This document shows, in pieces, positions 45,245 to 54,866 of a DNA stretch of 64,000 bases. Below the pieces are notes generated by a model. The model was not told the DNA's origin, ran no database searches, and saw only the letters and a list, made by a program, of their open reading frames with translations. The stretch's first letter is position 1. Each line of letters starts with the position of its first letter. The stretch is from an uncultured Desulfurococcaceae archaeon (GTDB lineage Archaea > Thermoproteota > Thermoprotei_A > Sulfolobales > NBVN01), in the NCBI GenBank assembly GCA_964399035.1, contig CAYNPH010000037.1:4681-68680 (forward strand), given 5' to 3'. The translations under genes were made by a program, and so were the position numbers.

Positions 45245-47587
45245 ATGGTCTTAATAGAAGACCCATACACCTTAATTAGCAAGTGGTTGCATGCCAAGGA
45301 ATTCCTGATCGTCGGCAAGGGGATTGCCAGGGCTGACGCGCTTGATAAGGCCTTAGGAACGGCTAAGTTCGTAGAGGACTACTTCCAGGAAGGGATGTTA
45401 TTCGTTAAGCAGGTTCTGAGCACGGAGCCCCACGCCAAGATACTTAGGGTTAGGGATGAGGAAGCCCTCAAGGTTCCTAAGGTGGTTAAGGTATTCACAG
45501 CGAAGGACATCCCCGGCGAGAACCAGGTAGGGTACGCCCTACCCGACCAGCCCCTCATAGCTGAGGGTAAGGTCAGGTACCACGGCGAGCTCGTTGCTCT
45601 GGTGGCTGCCGAGGACATTGACGCGGCATTACGTGCAGCTGAACTCGTTAAGGTCGACTACGATCCCCTGCCCTACGTCCTAGACCCGCTTGAGGCGCTT
45701 GAGCGTAAGGATGTCTTAGTGCATGAGGAGGTTGGGAGTAACATAGCTTTCAGGACAAAGGTTCGCAAGGGCAACATTGAGGAGGGCTTCAGCAAAGCGG
45801 ACGTGATCGTGGAGAACGAGTACAGGACGCATCACCAGGACCACGTGTACCTGGAGACTGAGGGCGCGCTGGCGATCCCGGGCTTAGACGGTAGGTTAAC
45901 CGTGGTGACGGCGGCCCAGTACCCGCACCTAGCTCAGTCAATAATAGCTAGGGTGCTCGGCGTACCGGCATCCAACATTAAGGTGGTCGTGCCCTTCATG
46001 GGCGGGGGCTTCGGAGGCAAGGACGATGAAGGCCCGCTGACGGCGGCTAAGGCTGCCCTAGTAGCTCACCTAACGGGCAGGCCTGCCTTCATACTCTACA
46101 CGCGTGAGGAGTCCTTAAGAATGCACCCGAAGAGGGAGGCAACGATAATCAAGTACAAGTCCGGAGCAACTGAGGACGGTAAGCTCACAGCCATAGACGT
46201 CAAGATAATCCACGACACTGGCGCGTACGCGAACAGAGGCCCATTCATCCTATGGAGGGCCACCGTACACGCGTCAGGGCCTTACGAGGTTCCGCACGCT
46301 AGGGTGGAGGGCTACTGTGTGTACACGAACAAGGTGTATCAGGGATCCTTCAGAGGCTTCGGCAACCCGTCAGTGCAGTTCGCTGCCGAGATGCAGATGA
46401 ATGAGCTGGCTAAGAAGCTCGGGATGGATCCGGTGGAGTTCAGGCTCAAGAACATGTTGAGGCCAGGCTCAAGAACGATAACTAACCAGCTGCTCGAGGA
46501 GTCCGTGGGTATCGCGGAAGCTGTCGAGAAGCTTGCTGAGAAGGTCAACTGGGCTAAGAGGAAGGCTGAGTGTGAGTCGTTCAAGGGCAGGTACAGGCGC
46601 GGCATAGGGATAGGTGTGGCGTGGCACGGAATAAGCACCAGCAGGGGGGTGCCTGACTGGTCGAACGCGTACGTGAAGATAGACAAGGACGGCTCAGTAA
46701 CGATGTTCACGGGCATAGTGGAGATGGGTCAGGGATCACCGAACTCATCACACAGGCAGATAGTGGCTGAGATACTCGGCGCGCCACTAGAGAAGGTCAA
46801 GGTAGTGTTCGGCACGAGCGACGCGCCGGACGCGGGAGCGACGCACGCGTCAAGAGGTACGAGCATAGGCGCGATAGGCGTGCTCGTGGCTGCCGCGAAA
46901 GTTAGGGAGAGGCTGAACAAGCTGGCCGCCGAGCTACTGGGCTGCAAGCCGGAGGACGTCGAGATCAAGGGAGGCGTGGTGAGGGCTAAGGGCGTTGAGG
47001 GCAAGGAGCTGAGCTGGGACGAGCTAATCAAGCAGGCATACGCACGCGGCGTCGACCTATCAGCGACGGGCTACTTCTTCCTGCCCAAGGGCAAATTCAA
47101 TGACGAGTTAGGGCAGGGGCAGGCGTACCCAGCCTTCAGCTACGTCGCCATGATCGCTGAGGTCGAGGTCGACACGTGGACAGGTAAGGTACGGGTGCTT
47201 AGGATCTGGCCCGCACTAGCTGCTGGCAGGATAATTAACCCGCAGCAGGTTGAGGGTCAGATAGAGGGTGCGGCGGTTCAGGGAATGGGTTACGTGCTGA
47301 TGGAGCAGTTCGTGTTCGACGAGAAGGGCAGGATACTGAACGCGGACATGACCGACTACGTGGTACCCACGGCGCTCGACATACCGGAGATAGAGAAGCC
47401 GGTGTACGTCGAGGACCTATTCAAGTACGGGCCCTTCGGCGCTAAGGGCGTCGGCGAGATGGCGCTGATACCGGCGCCCGCAGCGATAGCCGGTGCAGTA
47501 TCGCATGCGCTAGGGAAGCCAATAACTAAGCTACCCCTAACACCGGAGGCGGTTTACTTCGAATTAAGGAAAGGAGGTAGCACGTGA
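45245..47587 (+). CDS. Xanthine-dehydrogenase-family molybdopterin-binding subunit (operon B)
   Basis: KALGTAKF, GGGFGGK, SFRGFGNP, DPVEFRLKN, EMGQG, HASRGT, GQIEG, GAKGVGE. Confidence 0.95.
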   Translation: MVLIEDPYTLISKWLHAKEFLIVGKGIARADALDKALGTAKFVEDYFQEGMLFVKQVLSTEPHAKILRVRDEEALKVPKVVKVFTAKDIPGENQVGYALPDQPLIAEGKVRYHGELVALVAAEDIDAALRAAELVKVDYDPLPYVLDPLEALERKDVLVHEEVGSNIAFRTKVRKGNIEEGFSKADVIVENEYRTHHQDHVYLETEGALAIPGLDGRLTVVTAAQYPHLAQSIIARVLGVPASNIKVVVPFMGGGFGGKDDEGPLTAAKAALVAHLTGRPAFILYTREESLRMHPKREATIIKYKSGATEDGKLTAIDVKIIHDTGAYANRGPFILWRATVHASGPYEVPHARVEGYCVYTNKVYQGSFRGFGNPSVQFAAEMQMNELAKKLGMDPVEFRLKNMLRPGSRTITNQLLEESVGIAEAVEKLAEKVNWAKRKAECESFKGRYRRGIGIGVAWHGISTSRGVPDWSNAYVKIDKDGSVTMFTGIVEMGQGSPNSSHRQIVAEILGAPLEKVKVVFGTSDAPDAGATHASRGTSIGAIGVLVAAAKVRERLNKLAAELLGCKPEDVEIKGGVVRAKGVEGKELSWDELIKQAYARGVDLSATGYFFLPKGKFNDELGQGQAYPAFSYVAMIAEVEVDTWTGKVRVLRIWPALAAGRIINPQQVEGQIEGAAVQGMGYVLMEQFVFDEKGRILNADMTDYVVPTALDIPEIEKPVYVEDLFKYGPFGAKGVGEMALIPAPAAIAGAVSHALGKPITKLPLTPEAVYFELRKGGST

Positions 47588-47602
47588 GCGGGGTGGTGAG
47601 GG

Positions 47603-48478
47603 ATGTTCTACAGGATACCCGAGATAAACTACTTCCGCGCCTCAACACTGGAGGAAGCACTGGAGCTAATCAGCAAGCTAGAAAGCGTTAAGGTATTGGC
47701 TGGAGGCTCAGACCTACTGATAGACCTGAAGATCAGGAGGTACGAGGTGAAGAACGTAGTAGACATTTCAGGTATCAAGGAACTCAACTACGTCGAGGAC
47801 CGCGGGGACCACGTAGTCATAGGGGCAGCAACGAAGCTACAGGAAATCGTCGAGTCACCCATCATAGCGGCCAAGGCCCCCGTGCTCGCGGAGGCCGTGA
47901 ACGAGATGGCGTCATGGCAGGTAAGGAACGTCGCCACCATAGGCGGTAACATATGTAACGCGTCACCAGCCGCGGACACCGCACCACCACTACTGGTGCT
48001 GAACGCTAGGCTACGCCTAGTTAGCCTGGGGGGTGAGCGCGAGGTACCGATAACGGAGTTCTTCCTAGGACCCAGGAAGACCGTGCTAAGGAAGGGTGAG
48101 TTACTGAAGGAGATAGTGGTGCCCTACGAGCGCGGTGCCGGAGCGTCATTCATTAAGTTAGGGAGGAGAAACGCCTTCACGCTATCGGTGGTGGCGGTAG
48201 CTACCCTAGTCAAGGTGAGGAACGGAATCTTCGACGACGTTAGGGTAGCGCTAAACTCCGTAGCACCTAAGCCCGTAAGGGCGGCGAGTGTGGAGAAGTT
48301 CCTGAAGAGCAGGGAGATAAGCATGAGCGCTATCGAGGAGGGCGCTAAGCGCGTACTACAGGACATATCACCGATTAGCGACGTGCGCGCATCCGCCGAG
48401 TACAGGAAGGAGATGTCGGTGGTGCTAACAAAGGAATCCCTCCTAAGATCCCTCGAGAGAGCGGGGGTTAAGCTGTAA
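47603..48478 (+). CDS. Xanthine-dehydrogenase-family FAD subunit (operon B)
   Basis: AGGSDL, RNVATIGGNICNASPAAD, DVRASAEYR. Confidence 0.95.
   Translation: MFYRIPEINYFRASTLEEALELISKLESVKVLAGGSDLLIDLKIRRYEVKNVVDISGIKELNYVEDRGDHVVIGAATKLQEIVESPIIAAKAPVLAEAVNEMASWQVRNVATIGGNICNASPAADTAPPLLVLNARLRLVSLGGEREVPITEFFLGPRKTVLRKGELLKEIVVPYERGAGASFIKLGRRNAFTLSVVAVATLVKVRNGIFDDVRVALNSVAPKPVRAASVEKFLKSREISMSAIEEGAKRVLQDISPISDVRASAEYRKEMSVVLTKESLLRSLERAGVKL
47774..47839 (+). repeat. 66-nt tract, inverted near-identical copy (65/66) of 41906-41971
   Basis: atcaaggaactcaactacgtcgaggaccgcggggaccacgtagtcataggggcagcaacgaagcta; one T/C difference. Confidence 0.9.
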
Positions 48479-48489
48479 GGAGGTGGTGA

Positions 48490-48957
48490 GTGGTGAAGGT
48501 CTCATTCATACTTAACGGGGAACCCGTAACCGTGGATGTTAAGCCCAACGAAATACTCCTAGACACCCTAAGGCTAAAGCTAAACATAAAGAGCGTTAAG
48601 AGGGGCTGTGAACGCGCCGAGTGCGGTGCGTGCACGGTGCTCGTGGACGGGAAGCCAACGTACTCCTGCAACCTACTGACAGCGCAGGTCGAGGGCAAGG
48701 AAGTAACGACGCTAGAGGGCTTAAGGGATGACCCCATCGTGAAGGAGCTAACGAGTAAGTTCGTGGAGCACGGCGCCATCCAGTGCGGCTTCTGCACGCC
48801 TGGATTCATAATAACGGCGTACGCGCTGCTGAAGTCAGGCAAGGAACTAACGCCAGAGAACGTGAAGAAGATGCTTGAGGGCAACATCTGCAGGTGCACG
48901 GGCTACAAGAAGATCATTGAGGCAGTCACGGCGGCTGCTGAGGCGCTTAAGAAGTAA
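48490..48957 (+). CDS. Xanthine-dehydrogenase-family 2Fe-2S subunit (operon B)
   Basis: GCERAECGACT..C, QCGFCTPG, NICRCTGY. Confidence 0.95.
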   Translation: MVKVSFILNGEPVTVDVKPNEILLDTLRLKLNIKSVKRGCERAECGACTVLVDGKPTYSCNLLTAQVEGKEVTTLEGLRDDPIVKELTSKFVEHGAIQCGFCTPGFIITAYALLKSGKELTPENVKKMLEGNICRCTGYKKIIEAVTAAAEALKK

Positions 48958-49038
48958 TGAATTTTTATTACGTCACCGCGTTTAACTCAAAATATTTTTA
49001 ATCTCACCTCACAACTCCCTCAAGGTGATGAGTGAGTC

Positions 49039-50397
49039 ATGGCCGGAGGCAACATATTAATTCGCGGCGGAACCCTGATACTCCCTCATCACGAACCATT
49101 CAAGGCGGACATTAAGATCCTGGATGGGAAGGTTGTCGCCATAGGCGCGTCACTCAGTAAGGAAGGTGTTGATGAAGTCATAGATGCTACGGGAATGTAC
49201 GTGCTCCCAGGCGTGGTGGACGAGCACGTACACATGCGTGAACCAGGGCTAACGTACAAGGACGACTTCACCCACGGGACCTCCGGCGCGGCCGTCGCCG
49301 GCGTAACCACCGTGCTCGAGATGCCCAACACTAAGCCGCCCGTGGAGAGCGCCTCCATACTGAGGCAGAAAGCTGAGTTACTGAGTAGTAAGGCGTACGT
49401 GGACTTCGGCCTCTATGGAGTCATACATAATGCGAACGTCCATGAGTTCGAGGACATCGTAGCGGAAGGGGCCGTCGGGTTTAAGGTGTTCTTAGGCCCC
49501 ACCACCGGGAACATACCGCCCCCGGACGATGGTTCACTCTACGAAGCCCTAACCAAGTCAGCCAAGCTGGGTGTGCCGCTAGCGTTCCACGCGGAGAATG
49601 CCGACCTGGTGAAGTACTTCACCGAGAAGGTCAAGGCGTCCGGCAGGGACGACCCAGCAGCGCACGAGGCCGCAAGGCCCCCGATATGTGAGGAGGAGTC
49701 GATAAACAAGCTAATACTCCTATCCAGGAGAACCGGCGGGAGGGTACACATAGTCCACATGGCGGCTAAGGAAGGTGTCGAGCTACTTAGGGTTGCGAGG
49801 GCTAGAGGCCTGAACGTTACGGGTGAAACCTGCCCCCATTACCTACTACTGAACTCCAACGATTACCTCAAGTACGGGACAGCGATCAAGGTGAACCCAC
49901 CGATAAGGGGTAAGGAACACCAGGAAGCACTATGGAAGGCCGTGCTAGACGGAACCATAAGCACCCTAGGCTCGGATCACGCCCCACACGCAGAACACGA
50001 GAAACGCGGTAACGTGTGGGAATGCGCGGCTGGCTTCACAGGCGTGCAAACGTTCCTCCCGCTAATGATCCACCAGGCCCTAACAGGCAAGCTACCCCTG
50101 CAGAAGATACCTGAGTTAATGAGTGAAGCGCCAGCAAAGCTCTTCGGGATATGGCCCAGGAAGGGAGCCCTAATGGTGGGGTCGGACGGGGACGTAGTGA
50201 TAGTTGACCCGAACGGGGAAACAGCAATCACTAGGGAGTGGCTGAGGGCTAAGTACCCGATAAGCCCCTTCATCGGGTGGAGACTTAAGGGAGCAATCAA
50301 GTACACCATACTACGCGGAACGATCATAGCTAAAGACTACGAGCTAGTCGTAGATAAGCCCATCGGTGAGTGGGTCAAGCCCCTGAGGAAGCCCTAA
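49039..50397 (+). CDS. Cyclic amidohydrolase, dihydroorotase (type I)/allantoinase family
   Basis: PGVVDEHVHMREPG, EMPNT, GFKVF, FHAE, HIVH, ETCPHY, KVNPP, SDHAPH. The HxHxR and MPN residues are the dihydroorotase-type substrate residues. Confidence 0.85.
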   Translation: MAGGNILIRGGTLILPHHEPFKADIKILDGKVVAIGASLSKEGVDEVIDATGMYVLPGVVDEHVHMREPGLTYKDDFTHGTSGAAVAGVTTVLEMPNTKPPVESASILRQKAELLSSKAYVDFGLYGVIHNANVHEFEDIVAEGAVGFKVFLGPTTGNIPPPDDGSLYEALTKSAKLGVPLAFHAENADLVKYFTEKVKASGRDDPAAHEAARPPICEEESINKLILLSRRTGGRVHIVHMAAKEGVELLRVARARGLNVTGETCPHYLLLNSNDYLKYGTAIKVNPPIRGKEHQEALWKAVLDGTISTLGSDHAPHAEHEKRGNVWECAAGFTGVQTFLPLMIHQALTGKLPLQKIPELMSEAPAKLFGIWPRKGALMVGSDGDVVIVDPNGETAITREWLRAKYPISPFIGWRLKGAIKYTILRGTIIAKDYELVVDKPIGEWVKPLRKP

Positions 50398-50702
50398 CGT
50401 TAATCATGGTTATTTACAAAGGCCAGAAAGTTATACACGTCAAACTTACTCTAAATAATTTTTGTCAACTTAAGCATAATTATAAATAAAATTCAAAAAG
50501 TAGTAATTAAGTAATGACATCCCACCTAAAACCCATGAATTCTTATCATCCATCACCGAGAACCCGATATAAATGCTTTACCTATTAATGTAATCAATTA
50601 CGGCTTCATTCTCGTGCCCACCTAAAAATAAATTGACGTGATTAACGAAAAATCAGAAAAATTTATTTCTTTCAACAAGACACACTTACCCGTGGTGTTG
50701 CC

Positions 50703-52097
50703 TTGAGATTAGTCTCAAGAAAAGCCATATCAAAAACTGCATCTGCGGCCATAATTGTAATAATAATAATTGCTATAATAGCGGGAGGGCTGGCTTGGTG
50801 GCAGACCCAACAGAAACCACAAACCACTACCTCAAGCCCCACTACCTCCACTACTCAAACCTCCAGCACTTCTGCCACGGCAACTAAGCCCAAGATCAGC
50901 GTGATTAAGATCGGCTTAATAGAGCCACTCACCGGAAGGCACGCGGTCTTCGGCATCGAGGCTAAGGAAGCCGCAGAGCTAATTGTGAACGTAATTAACA
51001 ATGAGTTAGGAGGGATTAAGTCCCTCGGCGGCGCCAAGATCCAGCTAGTGGTTCAGGACGCTGGCGAGACCCCCGACGATGCTAGGCTTGCCGCCGAGAA
51101 GCTAATCACTCAGGAGCACCCAGTGATAGTTATCGGTGCCTACATTAGTAGGCTAACCGCAGCTGTTGCTGAGGTCACCGAGAAGAACCACGTGATCCTC
51201 TTCATGGACGGCCTCGTCGACTCACTAACGCAGCAGGGCTGGAAGTACGTCTTCAGGGTAGCCCCCAAGGCAAGCGCCCACGGTAAGTCCGCCGTCGACT
51301 TCATACTGGACATGGCTAAGAAGAAGGGCCTTAAGGTCAAGACAGCTGTCGTGCTGAACGAGGACTCCATCTTCGGCACCTACACCGCTGAGGGCGCCGT
51401 GCTCGAACTAACCAAGAACGGCGTTAGGGTGTTAGACCACATAACGTACCCCTACACGATAACGGACTTCAGCTCAATAATCAACAAGATCAAGGCAGAT
51501 AATCCCGACATCATAATATCCGTGCCGTACTTCCATGACGGCGTGCTCTTCGCCAAAGCCATCCAAGCCGCTAACATCCACCCGATGTTCATAGCTGGTG
51601 CAGGAGCCTGTGGCTACACCGACCCAGACTCCATTAAGGCGGCTGGTAAGGCAGTGCTTTACTACACCAACACCTACAGCTACAACCCGTACAGGCAGAC
51701 CGAGTGGAATAAGAAGATCGTGAAGATGTTCGAGGACAAGTACCACAAGCTACCCACCGAGGCTGCCGGCATTATCTTCTACTCAATGATGACTATTTAC
51801 GAGGCCCTCGAGAAGGCTGGCCAGATGTACCCGAATGACCCGCTTAACCCAGATAACCTAAGGAAGGTTCTACTATCCCTAGACCTAACTGACAATAATA
51901 GCATAGCCGCCCAGCTATACCCGACAGGCCACATTAAGTTCGCCCCCAACGGCGACAACATCTACGCCGGCACAGCCGTCCTGCAGGTGCAGATGATAAA
52001 CGGTAAGGAGACCCCAGTCCTAGTGTGGCCTGAGCCACAGCCAGGTGTGGAGCCAGTCTTCCCGAGACCCGACTGGCAGGGCTCAAGCGGTGGGTAG
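50703..52097 (+). CDS. Liv-type (branched-chain amino acid family) ABC substrate-binding protein
   Basis: N-terminal TM and Thr linker, IKIGLIEPLTG, INNELGGIKSLGGAKIQLVVQD, class I SBP layout. Confidence 0.9.
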   Translation: MRLVSRKAISKTASAAIIVIIIIAIIAGGLAWWQTQQKPQTTTSSPTTSTTQTSSTSATATKPKISVIKIGLIEPLTGRHAVFGIEAKEAAELIVNVINNELGGIKSLGGAKIQLVVQDAGETPDDARLAAEKLITQEHPVIVIGAYISRLTAAVAEVTEKNHVILFMDGLVDSLTQQGWKYVFRVAPKASAHGKSAVDFILDMAKKKGLKVKTAVVLNEDSIFGTYTAEGAVLELTKNGVRVLDHITYPYTITDFSSIINKIKADNPDIIISVPYFHDGVLFAKAIQAANIHPMFIAGAGACGYTDPDSIKAAGKAVLYYTNTYSYNPYRQTEWNKKIVKMFEDKYHKLPTEAAGIIFYSMMTIYEALEKAGQMYPNDPLNPDNLRKVLLSLDLTDNNSIAAQLYPTGHIKFAPNGDNIYAGTAVLQVQMINGKETPVLVWPEPQPGVEPVFPRPDWQGSSGG

Positions 52098-52110
52098 GCT
52101 AACCTTAAAA

Positions 52111-52124
52111 TATTTTTGTTTTTG
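52111..52124 (+). terminator. T-rich tract after the SBP gene (candidate archaeal intrinsic terminator/attenuator)
   Basis: tatttttgtttttg about 15 nt after the stop codon. Confidence 0.4.
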
Positions 52125-52258
52125 AACTGTAAAGTCAATAAAAATTGCTTGAATCCCGCCGTGTGCGGGCTGAATAACTACGTTCGCACGTAACCCGTGT
52201 GCGGTAAACGATGTGCGGCGTGACCCACGCGAAGGTAAGGGTGATGGGTGGGTAAGAA

Positions 52259-53128
52259 ATGATCGACCCGATAATAGTGGTGGCAAACATAATAGATGGA
52301 ATACTAATGGGCCTGCTCTACGCTCTTGTGGCCCTTGGTTTATCACTGATATTCGGCTTAATGGACATAATTAACTTCGCCCACGGGGACTTCGTCATGA
52401 TTAGCGCGTACTTAGCGTGGATATTAGCGATGAACTTCATGGTTGACCCCTCAGTAACAGCATTCGTAACGGTTCCGCTGTTCTTCGTTATCGGCCTAGC
52501 GATCTACAAGGTAATAATAGAGCCAATACTCGGTGCCGAGCCCCTAATCCAGATAGCGGTGACGGTGGGTCTGGGCTTCGTGCTCCAGAACATAGCCCTA
52601 GCGGTGTTCCATGCCGAGCCCAGGTCGTACCCGGCACCAGCGCTTAACTTCGGCATTAACATAGGCCCAATAACGCTTGTCGCGGCCAAGCTCGTGGCCG
52701 CCGCAGTCAGCCTAGTGTCTCTGTTCCTGATACACTACATGCTGACTAAGACGAAGTTCGGCCTAGCGATCAGGGCGACCTCAGCGAACAGGATGGTGGC
52801 CCCACTCATGGGCATTAACGTCGGTAAGGTGTACGCGGTGGTCTTCGGCCTCGGCATAGCGCTCACAGCTCTCGGCGCGGCCCTCTACATGACGTGGGGT
52901 CAGGTCGACCCGTACCTGGGTGCGTCCTTCAGCTTACTGTCATGGGTCATAGTAGCTATGGGTGGGTTAGGCGGCGTCATAGGGGTACTGGCATCTGGTC
53001 TAATAGTTGGTGTTCTCGAGGCGCTTGGAAGCACCTTCATAACGCCGAGCGCTAGGATGGCCGTAGTGTACTTGGCGTTCTTCCTGCTGCTGTGGTTCAG
53101 GCCGAGAGGGCTCTTCGCTAGGAGGTGA
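52259..53128 (+). CDS. livH: Liv-type ABC permease (LivH)
   Basis: ALGLSLIFGLMDIINFAHGDF, TKFGLAIRA, MGGLG, RPRGLF. Confidence 0.93.
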   Translation: MIDPIIVVANIIDGILMGLLYALVALGLSLIFGLMDIINFAHGDFVMISAYLAWILAMNFMVDPSVTAFVTVPLFFVIGLAIYKVIIEPILGAEPLIQIAVTVGLGFVLQNIALAVFHAEPRSYPAPALNFGINIGPITLVAAKLVAAAVSLVSLFLIHYMLTKTKFGLAIRATSANRMVAPLMGINVGKVYAVVFGLGIALTALGAALYMTWGQVDPYLGASFSLLSWVIVAMGGLGGVIGVLASGLIVGVLEALGSTFITPSARMAVVYLAFFLLLWFRPRGLFARR

Positions 53129-54117
53129 GGGCGATGATGGGTGCCGAGTTCAAGAAGTACTTCATAACACTGGCAGTACTCACCGTGGTGCTGGCGTTAG
53201 TCCCCTTCGCCCTAGGCTTTAATCAGTACTACATACTGCTCGCCGCGACCTCACTGATATTCGCGGTGTTCGTGGTCGCGTGGAACATCATAGGCGGGTA
53301 CGCTGGCCAGCTGGACCTAGCGCCGATAGCGTACGTGGGCATAGGCGGTATAGTGGCTGCGCAGCTCCTCAAGTACTACGGGATAACGCCCTGGGTAGGG
53401 ATGTTCATCGGTGCTGGGGCGTCAATGCTGCTCGCGGCCGCGATAGGGTACCCGACGTTCAGGTTCGGGATTAAGGAAGTGTGGTACGCGTTGCTGACCG
53501 CCTCCCTAGTGGTGATACTCAACAACATAGCGCACCTGCCCCAGTTCCTGGGATCCCTCGACCACTACTTACCGGCTAAGACCGGGTGGTACTACCTGAT
53601 ATTCACTGACTACCAGAACCTCTACTACGTGATACTGGCGGTGCTAGTTGCGACAATAGCGATTAACCTGAAGATCAGCAACTCGAAGACAGGGTATTAC
53701 TTAAGGGCTATTAGGGAGGACGAGCTGGCTGCCGAGGCCCTAGGGATTGACGTGAGGAAGTACAAGCTAAAGGCGCTAATGACGTACGCAGGCATAATGG
53801 GGTTCACGGGGTACCTCTACATAGTGTTGCAGGGCACGTACTCTTACCACACTTTCGACTCACCGACCTCATTAACGATAGCGATCATGGGCATCATAGG
53901 TGGTTTAGGGTCGGTGGCCGGTGCGTTCACGTCAGCGATATTCCTGAAGACCGTGGAGGAGTACTTAAGGAGCACGATAGGGGCGATGATTCCCGGCCTC
54001 TACCTACTGATCTACGGGATCCTACTCATAGTGGTCGGCATATTCAAGCCCGAAGGCATCGCCGCCCTCTTCAACTGGGTGAAGAAGAAAATCGGGTTTG
54101 ACAGGAGGGGTGCTTAG
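53125..54117 (+). CDS. livM: Liv-type ABC permease (LivM)
   Basis: WNIIGGYAGQLDL, SKTGYYLRAIREDELAAEALGI, IGGLGS, KPEGI. Confidence 0.92.
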   Translation: MRAMMGAEFKKYFITLAVLTVVLALVPFALGFNQYYILLAATSLIFAVFVVAWNIIGGYAGQLDLAPIAYVGIGGIVAAQLLKYYGITPWVGMFIGAGASMLLAAAIGYPTFRFGIKEVWYALLTASLVVILNNIAHLPQFLGSLDHYLPAKTGWYYLIFTDYQNLYYVILAVLVATIAINLKISNSKTGYYLRAIREDELAAEALGIDVRKYKLKALMTYAGIMGFTGYLYIVLQGTYSYHTFDSPTSLTIAIMGIIGGLGSVAGAFTSAIFLKTVEEYLRSTIGAMIPGLYLLIYGILLIVVGIFKPEGIAALFNWVKKKIGFDRRGA

Positions 54118-54119
54118 CC

Positions 54120-54851
54120 ATGCCCGACGCAATACTTCAGGTAAGGAACGTTGTTAAGAGGTTCGGAGGGATAATCGCGGTAAACAACATTAGCTTCGAC
54201 GTGCGTGAAGGCGAGATCATGGGGCTCATAGGCCCTAACGGCGCCGGTAAGACGACCCTCTTCAACTGCATAACCGGTATATACACGCCTGAGGAAGGCA
54301 AGGTATACTTCATGGGTGAGGACATAACAGGGTTACCGCCCCACAAAATAGCGCTTAAGGGCATAGCTAGGACATGGCAGAAGACAAGGCCCTTCAAGAA
54401 AATGACCGTGCTGGAGGCAGTCACGGTGGGCGCGCTACTAAGAACAAGTAACGTCGACAAAGCCATGAGGAAGGCCGAGGAAGTCCTTAAATTCATCGGG
54501 TTCCCTGAAGAGAAGATAAACGCCTTAGGCAAGGACATAACCCTCATGGATCACAAGATGGTTGACCTAGCGAGGGCCATAGCGACAGAGCCCAAACTAC
54601 TCCTGCTGGACGAGGTCGCCGCCGGCCTAAGGCCCCACGAGATGGATAGGCTTGCGGAGGTTCTGAGGAAGATAAACTCTGAGAAAGGAATAACGATGAT
54701 AGTGGTGGAGCACGTGATGAGGTTCGTGATGGGGCTGAGCGAAAGGATCGTGGTGATGCATGAAGGACAGAAGATTGCTGAGGGCCGCCCGGAGGAAATA
54801 GCGAACAACCCGAAGGTAATTGAAGCCTACCTAGGCACGAAGCCCGTGTGA
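54120..54851 (+). CDS. livG: Liv-type ABC ATPase (LivG)
   Basis: KRFGG, GPNGAGKTTLFN, LLLDEVAAG, VEHVM, VIEAYLG. Confidence 0.93.
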   Translation: MPDAILQVRNVVKRFGGIIAVNNISFDVREGEIMGLIGPNGAGKTTLFNCITGIYTPEEGKVYFMGEDITGLPPHKIALKGIARTWQKTRPFKKMTVLEAVTVGALLRTSNVDKAMRKAEEVLKFIGFPEEKINALGKDITLMDHKMVDLARAIATEPKLLLLDEVAAGLRPHEMDRLAEVLRKINSEKGITMIVVEHVMRFVMGLSERIVVMHEGQKIAEGRPEEIANNPKVIEAYLGTKPV

Positions 54852-54866
54852 GGGAGGTGGTCACAC

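Noticed and set aside
42189-47587. Aerobic CO dehydrogenase (coxLMS)
   Set aside because: Neither large subunit has the AYxCSFR (form I) or AYxGAGR (form II) loop; they carry AFRGYG and SFRGFG.
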